Source of the DNA: an uncultured Thermoplasmata archaeon
GTDB taxonomy: Archaea > Thermoplasmatota > Thermoplasmata > Lutacidiplasmatales > UBA184
Reading direction: 5' to 3'
Length of the DNA stretch: 64,000 nucleotides
Assembly (NCBI GenBank): GCA_963708255.1
Contig: CAVPSE010000002.1
Coordinates: forward strand, 1,461,842-1,525,841
Part shown: positions 7,408-17,910 of the stretch, in pieces
How positions within the stretch are numbered: the first letter of the stretch is position 1
Layout: the number at the start of each line of letters is the position of its first letter
Made by a program: the position numbers and the translations under genes
Notes under the pieces: generated by a model
Told to the model about the DNA's origin: nothing
The model's database searches: none
What the model saw: only the letters and a program-made list of their open reading frames with translations

Positions 7408-10035
7408 ATGGGACGAGTGTCTGGCGAACCGATGGACCCCGGGAGCGAGCCGACCAACGGCCTCAGCGCTTCCAGCGCCGCCGAGCGGCTGAGCTCCGAG
7501 GGTCCGAACGAGCTGCCCCGCGCTGCCCGACGTCATCCGCTGAAGATCGCGTACGGGATCCTCTCCGAGCCCCTGATCGTATTGCTGATCGCGGCGGCGG
7601 TGCTGTACGGGATCTTCGGGGAACCTCGGGATGCCGCGCTTCTGGCCGGTTCCGTGGTGGTCATAACGGCCCTCGACCTCTATCAGCAGAATCGGGCTGA
7701 GGGGGCCCTCGACGCCCTTCGAGAGCTATCGGCTCCCGAAGTCGTCGTAGTCAGGGACGGGGTTCACCGGAAGGTCCCTGCCCGCGAGGTCGTTACCGGA
7801 GATCTGGTGGTCCTCGCCCAAGGGGACCGTGTCCCCGCGGACGCCGAGGTTTCGACGAACCGGGGGTTGGTCGTTGACGAGTCCCTGCTGACCGGCGAGT
7901 CGGTTCCCGTTCGCAAGTCCGAAGGGAATGGCCGGTCGGAGTGGGCGCGGCCCGGTGGGGACGGGCTACCGTTCGTCTACGCCCAGACCCTCGTCCTCCA
8001 CGGACAGGGGCTGGCGGTCGTCCGCGCGACAGGCCCCAGGACCGAGGTGAGTCGCATTGCCCGGGCACTGGAAGGCGTAGCGGTCGAGACGCCGCTCCTA
8101 CAGCGGCAGATGCGGCGCCTCATTGCGACAGTCACCATCCTGGCCGGTATCCTCAGTATCGTCGTCGCGCTCGCCATCGGACTCCGAACCTCAGACTGGT
8201 CTGCCGGACTGTTGGCAGGACTCGCGCTGGCCATCGCGCTGGTGCCGGAGGAGATGCCCGTCGTCTTGACCATCTACTCGGTCCTCGGCGCACGCCGGAT
8301 GGCGGGGCAGCAGGCCCTCGCACGCCGGTTCGGGGCCATCCCCACCCTGGGGGCCGTCACGGTACTCTGCACGGACAAGACCGGTACGCTGACGATGAAT
8401 CGGATGCGGGTGGCGGAGGTACGAGACCCCCCGAGCGCGACCGGAACCTCTGCCTCGCCCGCCGAGACGACCCGAGCTCGAGTCCTCGGCTGGGCCTACC
8501 TTGCTAGCGATCCTACCTCCACCGACCCGATGGAATCCGCTCTGGCGGAGGCGGGCCGTCGCCACCAGGTCGAGGTGGTACCGGGGTTTGCACCCGTGCT
8601 CGTTCGCTCGCAACCGTTCGAAACCTCCACCAGCTACTCTGCCGCGGTTTGGAAGATCGGAGGTGGACCCGGGGGGCTCGTCGCGATCATCAAGGGCGCC
8701 CCCGAACGGGTCCTCCAGCTCGGGAGGTTGACGGCATCGGAACTCGATAGATGGACGTCGGTGCTTCAGGAGATGGCGTCCCGGGGACTCCGCGTGCTCG
8801 CTGTCGCCCAGAGCCCCGTGCCCTCGGACGACCTCACACTCGACCTCGGTCAACTGACCTACCGCCCGATCGGTTTGGTGGGGTTCGAGGATCCGATCCG
8901 CCCGGGGGTCACCGAGGCCATCGCGGAGTGTCGTCGGGCGGGCATCCGGGTGATCCTCATTACCGGCGACTTTCCGGCTACCGCTTCCGCGGTCGCGCGA
9001 TCCGCCGGCATCGAGTCCCCGGACCGCGTTCGGACAGGAGAGGAACTGAACGGCTTTGACGCGCGAGGACTCGATAAGGTCCTTCGGGAAACCAACGTTT
9101 TCGCCCGGAGTACACCTGAGACCAAGCTGGCGATCGTCAACGCCTTGAAACAGCGAGGCGAGGTCGTCGCGATGACCGGTGACGGTGTCAACGACGCCCC
9201 CGCGCTTCGCGCCGCCGACGTGGGGATCGCGATGGGACGTCGAGGTACCGACGTGGCCCGCGAGGCCGCCGACCTGGTCCTGCTGGATGATTCCTTCCCC
9301 ACCATCGTCAACGCCATTCGATCGGGACGAGGAATCTACTCGAACATGCGAAAGGCGATCTCCTACCTTCTCGCCGGCCACTTGGCAATCGCCGGGTTGG
9401 CCGTCGTCCCGGTCCTTCTCGGGCTGCCCCCCGTCCTCTTCCCGGTCGAGATCGTCTTTCTGGAGCTCCTAATCGATCCCAATTCCTCTTTGACGTTCCA
9501 GGCCGAGCCGGAAGAGCCCGGTATCATGACCCTGGGTCCACGGGACCCGCACGAACCGATCTTCGGGCTCTCGGCCATTGCGTGGACCCTAGTCGCCGGG
9601 GCGACCGCTCTGGCGGGCTCTCTGGGGGTCTACCTCTGGTTGCTGACGACCGGCCATGGCATTGATGAGAGCCGAGGTCTCGCCTTCTCGACCCTGATCG
9701 TCTCGAACTTGACCCTCGTCCTCGTCAATCGCTCGTTCTCAACCTCTTGGGTTCAGAGCCTTCGGGTTCGGAATCCGATCTTCTGGTTCGTCATGTTCGG
9801 GGGAGCGGTCCTGCTGATCGCGTCACTGTACCTGCCGGCGGTGGCGGGCTTGTTCGGATTCACACCCCCAGCCCCGACGGACTTCCTGATGGCGGTCGGC
9901 GTCGGTTTCGCGAGCGTCGCCTGGTTCGACCTGCTGAAGGTCCATCTGCTGGAACTCCGTGTCGCACCGATTGGATCGGGCCCGACTCCAGCCGGACCTG
10001 GAGCGACATCGGTCCCCGAGCGAGGACCCGCGTGA
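7408..10035 (+). CDS. cation-transporting P-type ATPase (P2-type, Ca2+/Mg2+-like)
   Basis: Intact 875-aa ORF with the TGES, CTDKTGTLT (phosphorylation site), PEEMPVV and MTGDGVNDAPAL motifs and about 10 TM segments. Confidence 0.9.
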   Translation: MGRVSGEPMDPGSEPTNGLSASSAAERLSSEGPNELPRAARRHPLKIAYGILSEPLIVLLIAAAVLYGIFGEPRDAALLAGSVVVITALDLYQQNRAEGALDALRELSAPEVVVVRDGVHRKVPAREVVTGDLVVLAQGDRVPADAEVSTNRGLVVDESLLTGESVPVRKSEGNGRSEWARPGGDGLPFVYAQTLVLHGQGLAVVRATGPRTEVSRIARALEGVAVETPLLQRQMRRLIATVTILAGILSIVVALAIGLRTSDWSAGLLAGLALAIALVPEEMPVVLTIYSVLGARRMAGQQALARRFGAIPTLGAVTVLCTDKTGTLTMNRMRVAEVRDPPSATGTSASPAETTRARVLGWAYLASDPTSTDPMESALAEAGRRHQVEVVPGFAPVLVRSQPFETSTSYSAAVWKIGGGPGGLVAIIKGAPERVLQLGRLTASELDRWTSVLQEMASRGLRVLAVAQSPVPSDDLTLDLGQLTYRPIGLVGFEDPIRPGVTEAIAECRRAGIRVILITGDFPATASAVARSAGIESPDRVRTGEELNGFDARGLDKVLRETNVFARSTPETKLAIVNALKQRGEVVAMTGDGVNDAPALRAADVGIAMGRRGTDVAREAADLVLLDDSFPTIVNAIRSGRGIYSNMRKAISYLLAGHLAIAGLAVVPVLLGLPPVLFPVEIVFLELLIDPNSSLTFQAEPEEPGIMTLGPRDPHEPIFGLSAIAWTLVAGATALAGSLGVYLWLLTTGHGIDESRGLAFSTLIVSNLTLVLVNRSFSTSWVQSLRVRNPIFWFVMFGGAVLLIASLYLPAVAGLFGFTPPAPTDFLMAVGVGFASVAWFDLLKVHLLELRVAPIGSGPTPAGPGATSVPERGPA

Positions 10036-10405
10036 GCCGGGGATGGCGCACTCCACCCGTGGCCCCATGCGAACCCAGGGGTGGGACCCTCTCCTCCTCC
10101 GTCGGCCGTATCTGCAGGAGCGACCGGTCCAATTCAGGGGAGCTCCGGCCGCGTGCCGGCGTGGCGCCGGACGACCCGAGCACGGAAGGCGAGGGAGGCT
10201 CAGGTGCCCGGGCGGGCCGACCTATTCGCCAGCTCGAGATTGTGGAACCCGACCAGTCCACTCCACCCCGGGGGTAACGCGGGTCGGCCATCTCGCGAAC
10301 GACGAGACCCGCTCCCACCGGCGGGCCCCGGCTCGGCAGCGCGAATGCCACGGCGGACCCGAGGCAACCTCGATATCCCCCGGGAGGTTTCTGCTCGGGA
10401 CGGCC

Positions 10406-12357
10406 ATGACGGAGGGCAACGGATCGATGGCGCCCGGCTCGGGGCACCGCCTCGCCGTCCTGCCCCTGACGAATCTGGGACCCGGTCCCCGGTACCGACT
10501 ACTTCGTGGACGGCACGACCGAGGAGCTGATCTCCACGCTCTCGAAGATCCCCGGGCTCACCGTCATCGCCCGGACCTCGGCGATGCACTACAAGGGCAC
10601 CGACAAGACCGTCGCGCAGATCGCGAAGGAACTCGCGGTCCGCACCGTCGTCGAAGGAAGCCTCCGAAAATCGGGTCGCCGGGTCAGGATCGCGGTCCGG
10701 CTGATCGACGCGGCGTCCGAGGCGGAGCTCTGGTCCGAGGTCTACGAACGCGAGCTCGGGGATGTGTTCGCGGTCCAACGGGAGATCGCGAGACGCATCG
10801 GACGCGCGCTGCGGCTTCGGCTCGCTCGCGGGTCGGCCGCGGAGCCGGCCGCGGGCCGCGAGCCCCCCGCGAACGCGCACGACCTCTACCTCCAGGGGCG
10901 GTTCCAATGGAACCTTCGGACCGAGTCGGGGCTCCGAAGGTCGATCGAGCTCTTCGAGGGCGCCCTCGCGCTGGACCGCACCTTCGCCCTCGCCCATTGC
11001 GGGATCGCGGACGCGTGGGCGCAGATCGGGTGGCTCGAGTTCTCGGCCCCGACAGAGGCGTTCCCCAAGGCCCGGGAGGCGGCGGAGCGGGCCCTGGCGC
11101 TCGATGACCACCTTCCCGAGGCCCATGCTTCCCTCGGGTTCGTATGCTTCCTGTACGAGCGGGACTGGGGGGCGGCCGAGCGGGAGCTTCAGCGGGCGAT
11201 CTCTCTCAACCCAGGGTATCCGGGGGGCCACCAGTTCTACGCGGACTACCTGAAGGCCATGGGTCGACTCGAGGAGGCTCTCGCCGAGATGCAGCTCGCC
11301 CTCCAGCTCGACCCGGTCTCCATGGCCCTCAATACCGGCCTTGGTCACGTCCTCTATCTCGCCCGGAGGTACGATGAGGCGATCGACCAGTACAGTGCTG
11401 CCCTCCGGATCGACCCGTCGTTCGGCCCGGCCCACCTCTGGTTCGGGCGACCGTACCTCCAGAAGGGATTGTACGACGAGGCGATCCGGGAGATCGAGAC
11501 GGCGGTGGCCTCCTCGAACCGGAGCACGATCTCCCTGGCCGTCCTGGCCCATGCGTACGCCTCCGCGGGGAGGACGAAGGAAGCCCGCCAGATCCTCGGG
11601 GACCTCCTGGAGCGGTCCAGGACCCAGTACCTTCCCCTCCTACTGGATCGCGCTCGTGTACACGGGTCTCGGCGACCGGGCCGAGGCCGTCGCCTGGCTG
11701 GACAAGGCCTACGAAGAACGGTCGAGTTGGCTCGTCTGGATCAAGGTCGAACCGCGGTTCGACCCGCTTCGGGCCGAGCCTCGGTTCGCCGCGCTTCTGA
11801 GCCGCATGCGCCTCGACGGAAGCGGGGGGCCGGAGCTCCCCAGGGTCGAGGCCGGGCGCCGGCTCGCGGCGATCATGTTCACGGACCTTGTGGGGTTCAC
11901 CCGGCTCGCCCAGTCCAACGAGGCGCAGGCGCTCCGCCTCCTGGAGGAGCACCGAGCCCTCCTACGACCCCGCTTCGCCGCCCGGGGAGGGCGGGAGGTC
12001 AAGACCATGGGGGACGGCTTCATGGTGGAGTTCGCGAGCGCGGTCGAATCGATCCGGTGTGCCGTCGAGATCCAACGGGCGATGGGGGAACGGAACGCGA
12101 CCCGCCCGGTGGCAGAACAGCTCCATCTGAGGATCGGCCTCCACGTCGGGGACGTCGTGCGAGAGGGGAACGACCTTGTGGGGGACGGGGTGAACGTCGC
12201 TTCGCGCATCGAACCGCTGGCGCGACCCGGCGGGATCTGTCTCACCGGGGCCGTCTGGGAGCAGGTACGCAACAAGGTCGACGTGAAGGTCGAGGAGCTG
12301 CGGTCGATCACCCTGAAGAACGTCTCCGACCCGATCGTTGTCTATTCCGTCCTTTGA
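10406..12357 (+). pseudogene. TolB-like/TPR-repeat protein with C-terminal class III adenylate/guanylate cyclase domain (two apparent frameshifts, about 10485 and about 11632)
   Basis: MTEGNGSMAPGSGHRLAVLPLTNLGPGP continues as DYFVDGTTEELISTLSKIPGLTVIARTSAMHYKG, then TPR repeats (ORF 10506..). The cyclase core is in ORF 11341..12357: IMFTDLVGFT, MGDGFMVEF, RIGLHVGDV, GDGVNVASR. Confidence 0.8.
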
Positions 12358-12570
12358 TGTGGCGCTCGGCACATCCCCCGCCGCTCCGTTCGGACCGTCG
12401 GCGCGCCGCTCGTGCGCCCTGCTAGCCCGGCGTCGGTGCCAACCGTCAGTTGCTCCTGGGCCTGAACAGAGCCGCGGAGCACGGGCCGCTGATCCCTTCC
12501 CGGGGCCCGAAAGCTTCGAACCGGACGCGGCCGTTCCGGGGCGAGGTCGGCAGGGGTCGGGGGCGCGCGC

Positions 12571-13443
12571 CTAGGAGAACTCTTCCTGGTCGAACAGCAA
12601 GAGGCCCACGACACTCGTGATCAGGAAGTAGCCGATCATGATCGCGACGCCCTCCGCCACCGTCGGTGTCCAGACCGCGAAGGAACCGCCCCCGAAGGGA
12701 GACTGGGTCACGGCGTAGTGGGGGGGGTAGGGATTGCTGAAGATGTTGCCGACCACCGAGGAGGCGTAGGAGATCACGAACCACGGTTCGAGGGTCGTGA
12801 GATCGGTGACCACGGTCTGAAGGATGGAGAACCCGAACAGGAAGAGGAGCGCCGTCAGGATGATCCCGTAGGCGCTCGTCTTGAACAGCGAACTGAACAG
12901 GAACGTGGCCCCCATGACGGCCAAGAGGTAGACGATGGAGAGCAGGAACGATGCTCCCAGCTCCCAGGGGAAGGCGTTCCCCCCGAGGAAGAACAGCCCG
13001 TTCGCCACGAGGATCGCCAGGAAGACGAGGACCGCCCCGAGCGAGGCGATGAACGCGGCGATGAACTTCCCGCTGTAGACCGCCGCCCGACGAATGGGCA
13101 GGCCCATGAGGAAGTAGCCGGTCTTGTTCTGGAACTCACCGGCGATCGCATCCCCCCCGAAGAAGATCGCCGCCAGGACGATCACGAAGGTGACCCCGCC
13201 GCCCCAGATCGACCCATACAGGGCGTCCGCGCTGTCCACGAGGCCGGCGGGCCGGAAGTGGGCGAGGAGCGACGTGATGATCACACCGATCGCGAGGACG
13301 ATCCCGTAGAGGATCACGAACCGGCGGCTCCGGACGTAGTCCCGGAGCTGGTAGCGCGTGAGGATGAAGACCTGGTCGAGGGTCCCGGGGGTCCGGGCGG
13401 GGCTGCCGCCAGGGATGGGGGCCGGCAGGGTGGGGGTCGCCAT
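12571..13443 (-). CDS. ABC-2 type transporter permease
   Basis: Intact 290-aa ORF with 6 predicted TM helices. Its start overlaps the stop of the upstream ATPase gene (TGATG). Confidence 0.8.
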   Translation of the reverse strand: MATPTLPAPIPGGSPARTPGTLDQVFILTRYQLRDYVRSRRFVILYGIVLAIGVIITSLLAHFRPAGLVDSADALYGSIWGGGVTFVIVLAAIFFGGDAIAGEFQNKTGYFLMGLPIRRAAVYSGKFIAAFIASLGAVLVFLAILVANGLFFLGGNAFPWELGASFLLSIVYLLAVMGATFLFSSLFKTSAYGIILTALLFLFGFSILQTVVTDLTTLEPWFVISYASSVVGNIFSNPYPPHYAVTQSPFGGGSFAVWTPTVAEGVAIMIGYFLITSVVGLLLFDQEEFS

Positions 13444-14393
13444 CAGTCCCCCTTATCGATGAGACGAAGGTAGGTCTGCTCGAGCGCGCTCTCGGACTCG
13501 GCGAAGGAGAGCAGACCGAGCCGCATCGCCACGATCGCCGCGAGCACCGGTTCGGCCTCGTCCGGACCTCCCGAGAGGTGCACGCGCAACCGGTCCGGCC
13601 CCAATCGCTCGACCGAGGAGATCCCCGCCACCCCGCCGATCTTGGTCTGCACGGTCGCATCGTCCAGCGGCCGTCGGAAGGCGAGGTCGAACACCGTGCT
13701 CCCGGCCGCCGAGGCGGCCGACGTCAGCTGGGCGAGGGTGTTGTAGAACAGGAGCTTGCCCTTGTTGACGAACGCGACCTCGTCGCAGACGTCCGAGACC
13801 TCGCTCAGGATGTGGCTGCTCATGAAGATGAGGCGGTTCCCGCGTTTGAGGTCGCGGATGATCGAGCGGACCTCGGCCATCCCCCGGGGATCCAGGCCGG
13901 TGGTGGGCTCGTCGAGGATCACGACGGGAGGGTCGTGGACCAGGGCCGCCGCGATGTTGATCCGCTGCTTCATCCCCTTGGAGAACTTGCCGACCTTGGC
14001 GTCCGCCCAGTCGCCCATCTTGACATCGGCGAGGGCCTGGTCGATACGATCCCGCTGCTCCGAGGCCGGAACGCCCCTCAGGTCCGCCACCATCCGGAGC
14101 GCCTCCCGCGGGCTCAGCGCCGGGTAGATCTCCGGGGTCTCGATCAGGACTCCCGCCTGGGCGAGAGCGCGCTTTCGCTCCTTGCGGACGTCGATCCCGT
14201 TGATGAACGCCTGGCCGGCCGTGGGGAACAGCATGTTGGTGAACATCTTCAGGGTCGTCGTCTTGCCCGCCCCGTTGGGGCCGAGGAACCCCACGCACTT
14301 CGATCCCTCGATGGAGAGTTCGAGGTTATCGAGGGCAGTGAAGGATCCGAACCGCTTCGTGAGGTTAACCGCGCGCAGGGAGGGACCGCTCAT
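13443..14393 (-). CDS. ABC transporter ATP-binding protein
   Basis: Walker A GPNGAGKTT, signature FSKGMKQR, Walker B VVILDEPTTGLD. Intact 316 aa. Confidence 0.9.
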   Translation of the reverse strand: MSGPSLRAVNLTKRFGSFTALDNLELSIEGSKCVGFLGPNGAGKTTTLKMFTNMLFPTAGQAFINGIDVRKERKRALAQAGVLIETPEIYPALSPREALRMVADLRGVPASEQRDRIDQALADVKMGDWADAKVGKFSKGMKQRINIAAALVHDPPVVILDEPTTGLDPRGMAEVRSIIRDLKRGNRLIFMSSHILSEVSDVCDEVAFVNKGKLLFYNTLAQLTSAASAAGSTVFDLAFRRPLDDATVQTKIGGVAGISSVERLGPDRLRVHLSGGPDEAEPVLAAIVAMRLGLLSFAESESALEQTYLRLIDKGD

Positions 14394-14462
14394 ACCGACC
14401 GCTCGAGCAGGCGGGGGGGCGAACCCCTACTTAACGCGATTCGGGTGCGACAGCGTGTCACA

Positions 14463-14485
14463 GGCGCCACCCACCGGTGGGCGCC
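14463..14485. repeat. near-palindromic element GGCGCC-A-CCCACCGGTGGG-CGCC
   Basis: A perfect 12-nt palindrome (14470-14481) flanked by GGCGCC hexamers. It lies in the 122-nt spacer between the 3' end of the thermopsin-like gene and the ABC operon start. It could be a terminator hairpin or an operator. Confidence 0.4.
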
Positions 14486-14515
14486 GGAAAGGGTTGGACC
14501 GGGGGCGCCACGGTC

Positions 14516-17500
14516 CTACGGCTTCTTCCCGTCCGCGGACGAGTCGGTCTCCGTCGTTGTCGTGGTCGTAGTGGAGCTGTCGGGCTTCATCATCATCGGG
14601 CCACGTCGTGTGCTCGCGAAGTAGAGGGCCGCGACGAAGAAGATCACCAGGAGCACTGCGAGGATGGCCACGACCACGCCGTTCGAGCCGCTGAGGAAGG
14701 CGGAGGAGCTGCTCGAGCTCGTCGAGGTCGGGTGGAGCACGAACACGACCGGGGTCCCTGACGCCGGGCTCACGGTGACGTTGTCGAACGCCGCGAAGTA
14801 GCCGCTGGCGGTCGCCTCAAGGGCGAACGTCCCCGCGTTCTCGCTCACGTTGAAGACGCCCGTGGTGGTGTTCACCGGGACCTCCGTGCCATCGACCCAG
14901 ACCTGGGCCGTGGCGGGCGTCACGACGCCGGTCAGCCAGCCCAGATCAGCCGGCCATCGTGATGTCGATCGCGGCGGGGTTCCCTCCGGCGATCGTGGCG
15001 GTCCCCGAGAGGATCGAGGCGTTGTACCCGGCGGGTGGCGTCACGGTGTACGGGTAGCTGCCGTTCGTCTCCTTGAACGTGATCACCTGGAGCTGCGAGG
15101 TGATCGGGGTCCCGCCGAGCGTGACCGACCACGCGGTCTCCGCGGGCAGGCCCACCTCCACGAAGGTGACCGTCCAAGGCCCTGCGACGGGCGCCGAGAA
15201 CGTGAGGTCGACGGTCGTCGGGGCCCCTGTCAGGTTCACGGAACCCGACGACGGCGACACGACCAGCCCCGCGACGGGCGTGACCGCGTACGTGTAGGTC
15301 CCGTTCGCGAGCGTGAACGCGATCGTCGGAGTCACGGAGCTCCACAGGATCCCGTTGAGCGCGAGGCTCCACGAGGTCCCGGCGGGAAGGCCCGTCTCCG
15401 AGAACGTCAGGACCGCGTAGGCGCTCGTCGTCGGGCTGCTCAGAGGCAGGAAGTCGCCGACGAGCGCGATCGCCCCGAAGTCGAACCAGGGGATGGTGAC
15501 GCCGTCAAAGCCGAGCCAGTAGTTGCCACCGACCCAGGTGCCGCCGACGATGCTGCCCGACAGGGAGTAGCCGTTGACGACGTTGACCCAAGAGGACGGG
15601 GCCTCGGAGACGTTCCACATGTCGATCCACGACGCCTGGTTCGAGGCGTAGTAGGTCTCGGTGTACGGGGTGAAGCTCGGGCTGTACACGCCGACGGCGG
15701 TCGCGAAGTAATTGTTGTAGACCAGGTCGCCCGACTCCGAGAGCCAGAGCCCCATGGGAGCGAAGCCGTTCTCGGACCAGGGCGCGTAGCTGTTGGTGAA
15801 CCAGTTCCCGGAGATCACATTGTCCGTCCCGCCGAAGAACGTCAGGGCGTTCCCCTCGCTGACGAACACGTTCTGGGCGATCAGGGTGTGCGTCGTGTTC
15901 CAGGCGAGGATCTGCCCGAGCGGGTAGCCCTGCTGGTTGAAGGAGAAGTACCCCGTGATGAGCGGGGCGCCCACGATGGATACGGTGCTGGTCCCGTAGA
16001 GTTGGATGCCGAGGTAGTTCGTCGGCGGCAGGCCGTAGAACGCCGCCGCCTTCGCGAGGACGTCCTCGTAGTTGACCGCGAACGGGGCCGCGTCGTTGAT
16101 GTCGACCGGGTCCGTCGTGTGGGCGATCAGGATACCGGGCCAGAGCGGGAAGACGTAGTCGTTGAACACGCTGAACTCGGGGCTCAGCACGCCGTACTCA
16201 TCGTTCCAGATCTGGTAGGGGCTGGCCGAGGTTCCCGCCCCGCCCATAGAGATCGCGGCCAGCTGGGCGTTGTCCCAGGCGACCAGCGGCGTGTAGATCC
16301 CCTGGAACGGATCGTAGTTCAAGCTCCCGTTGACCGCCCAGGTCGAGGCGTTCGAGAGGTTCAGGACGAATGTCGTCGGGTCGTAGTTGCTCATGAGGAT
16401 CTCTCCGGAGTAGTTTCCGGGGGGAACCTGGACGTCGAGCTGCCCGTTCAGCGGCACAGGTACCCACGAGTCCCGGTACGGGTTGAGCGGGGTGCTGAAG
16501 TTGGTCGTGGCGTTCAGGAAGACGAACGCGTTCGACGGCGTCACGGTCCCGGTGATCGTAACGAACCCGGGCGTGGCGGTCGGGCTCATGCCCCACATCG
16601 GGGTGGGAAGGGTCGGGCCGGCGTCGAGGTGGACGGTGTCGGAGCCGTCGTACCACGTGGCGATCCCCTGCGCGGTCTCACCGGTCTCCGATCCGAAGTT
16701 GAAGGCGGACGGGAAGTTCTGGTAGGCCCCCGCCGAGGTATTCCAGAACCAGAGGTTCTCGGTGGCGTTCAGCGCGAAGATCGACGTGGAACTTCCGCCG
16801 CCGGGGCCGCAGAGCACCAGCTCGGCGTCGTCCGGGATGAACTGCGTGCCGGTCGGGTCCGCGCCGTTCACCTGGAACTCCGGGGCTGGGATGGAAACCG
16901 TGGGCGCCGAGACGTTCTGGGAGTTGAAGATGGCCCAGTCGTACGCCCCGCCCGCCACGAAGTGGCCGGACTTCCAGACCGAGTAGTTGTACCAGATCTC
17001 GTCGTACGGGAGGGTCACGCTGACGTTCGTCGCGTTCATGACCGTCACGTCCGTGATCGAGGCGTTGTTGTACAGGTCGAGGGTGAACGGCATGGTGATG
17101 TTGAGCGCTGGGCCGAGACCGTAGTAGAACGTGTTCCCGACCTGGGTGCCGTTCGGACTGTAGCTCTGGAACGCGTTGTCGGAGAGGAACACCGCGGGGC
17201 TGGAGAAGTTCCAGATGTTGTCAAGGAACTGGAGGAGATTGCTGCGCGCGGAGTACTCGATGACGTTCTGGGTCCAGAACTGGTAGCTCGAGTTCCCGAG
17301 CAGGGTCACGTTGTAGAGGACCGTGTTCAGCTGGTCCCCGACATAGTCCGTCGAGTCATCGTCGAGGTAGAAGGCGCTGAGATTGTTGACGCCCAGCTGG
17401 CCTTCGACGCTCGGGGTGTTGATCACGACCGGGCTCGCAGTCCCGGTGGTGTTCATGACACCGTACGCCGCGATCCCTACGGGGGCCGGGGTGTGGGGGT

Positions 17501-17828
17501 ACCCGGGGGTCACCACATTGCCGACCTTCGTCGTGGAGGGGCTGAAATTGGGAAGGAAGACGTCGCGGGAAGGCACGCCGGAACTGTGGACGGCCGAGAG
17601 GACCTTCTGTTCCGTGGCCAGTCGAGAGGGGCTCAACCCCGAGACGGTGCTGGGGGCGATCGAGGGGGGAGCGCCCGCCCCGGCGCGGAGCGGCGCCCCT
17701 GCGAGGGGGGCCGGAACTAGGCCCGTCGGGAGGTGGACCATGGAGGTCCGGCCCGCCGCGACCGGGGAGAGGAGCATGATGGCGACGATGGCGAGCGTTC
17801 CCAGGAGTACTCGATTGCGTCCGAACAT
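14516..17828 (-). CDS. thermopsin-family (peptidase A5-like) multidomain surface protein with beta-helix, repeated Ig/PEGA-like domains and a C-terminal TM anchor (apparent frameshift about 14950)
   Basis: ORF 14946..17828 has a signal peptide, APVGIAAYGV and QLNTVLYNVTLLGNSSYQFWTQNVIEY (thermopsin-like), NVISGNWFTNS beta-helix repeats, GTYTYAVTP / GSYPYTVTP repeats and many sequons. ORF 14516..14923 supplies a PEGA-like domain, a Ser/Thr linker and a TM anchor. Confidence 0.7.
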
Positions 17829-17853
17829 GGCGGTCGGCGGCGGACCGTCGCCC

Positions 17854-17865
17854 TAGGTTTTTAGC
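17854..17865 (-). promoter_or_regulatory. TATA-like element (CTAAAAAC on the minus strand) upstream of the thermopsin-like gene
   Basis: An AT-rich patch about 28-36 nt upstream of ATG 17828. Confidence 0.4.
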
Positions 17866-17910
17866 GTATCGCTGCCCGGCCAAGGGGGTGGACCGGGCCG
17901 AGGCGCGCCG

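Noticed and set aside
10036-10405. 370-nt gap between the P-type ATPase and the cyclase gene as a possible ncRNA or small gene
   Set aside because: The ORFs here are Arg/Pro-rich and unconvincing. I could not identify conserved RNA motifs or strong secondary structure by eye, so I leave it unassigned.
14850-17720. 956-aa plus-strand ORF antisense to the thermopsin-like gene
   Set aside because: It has extreme Arg/Gly/Asp/Val composition and no family resemblance. The opposite strand encodes a coherent multidomain secreted protein.
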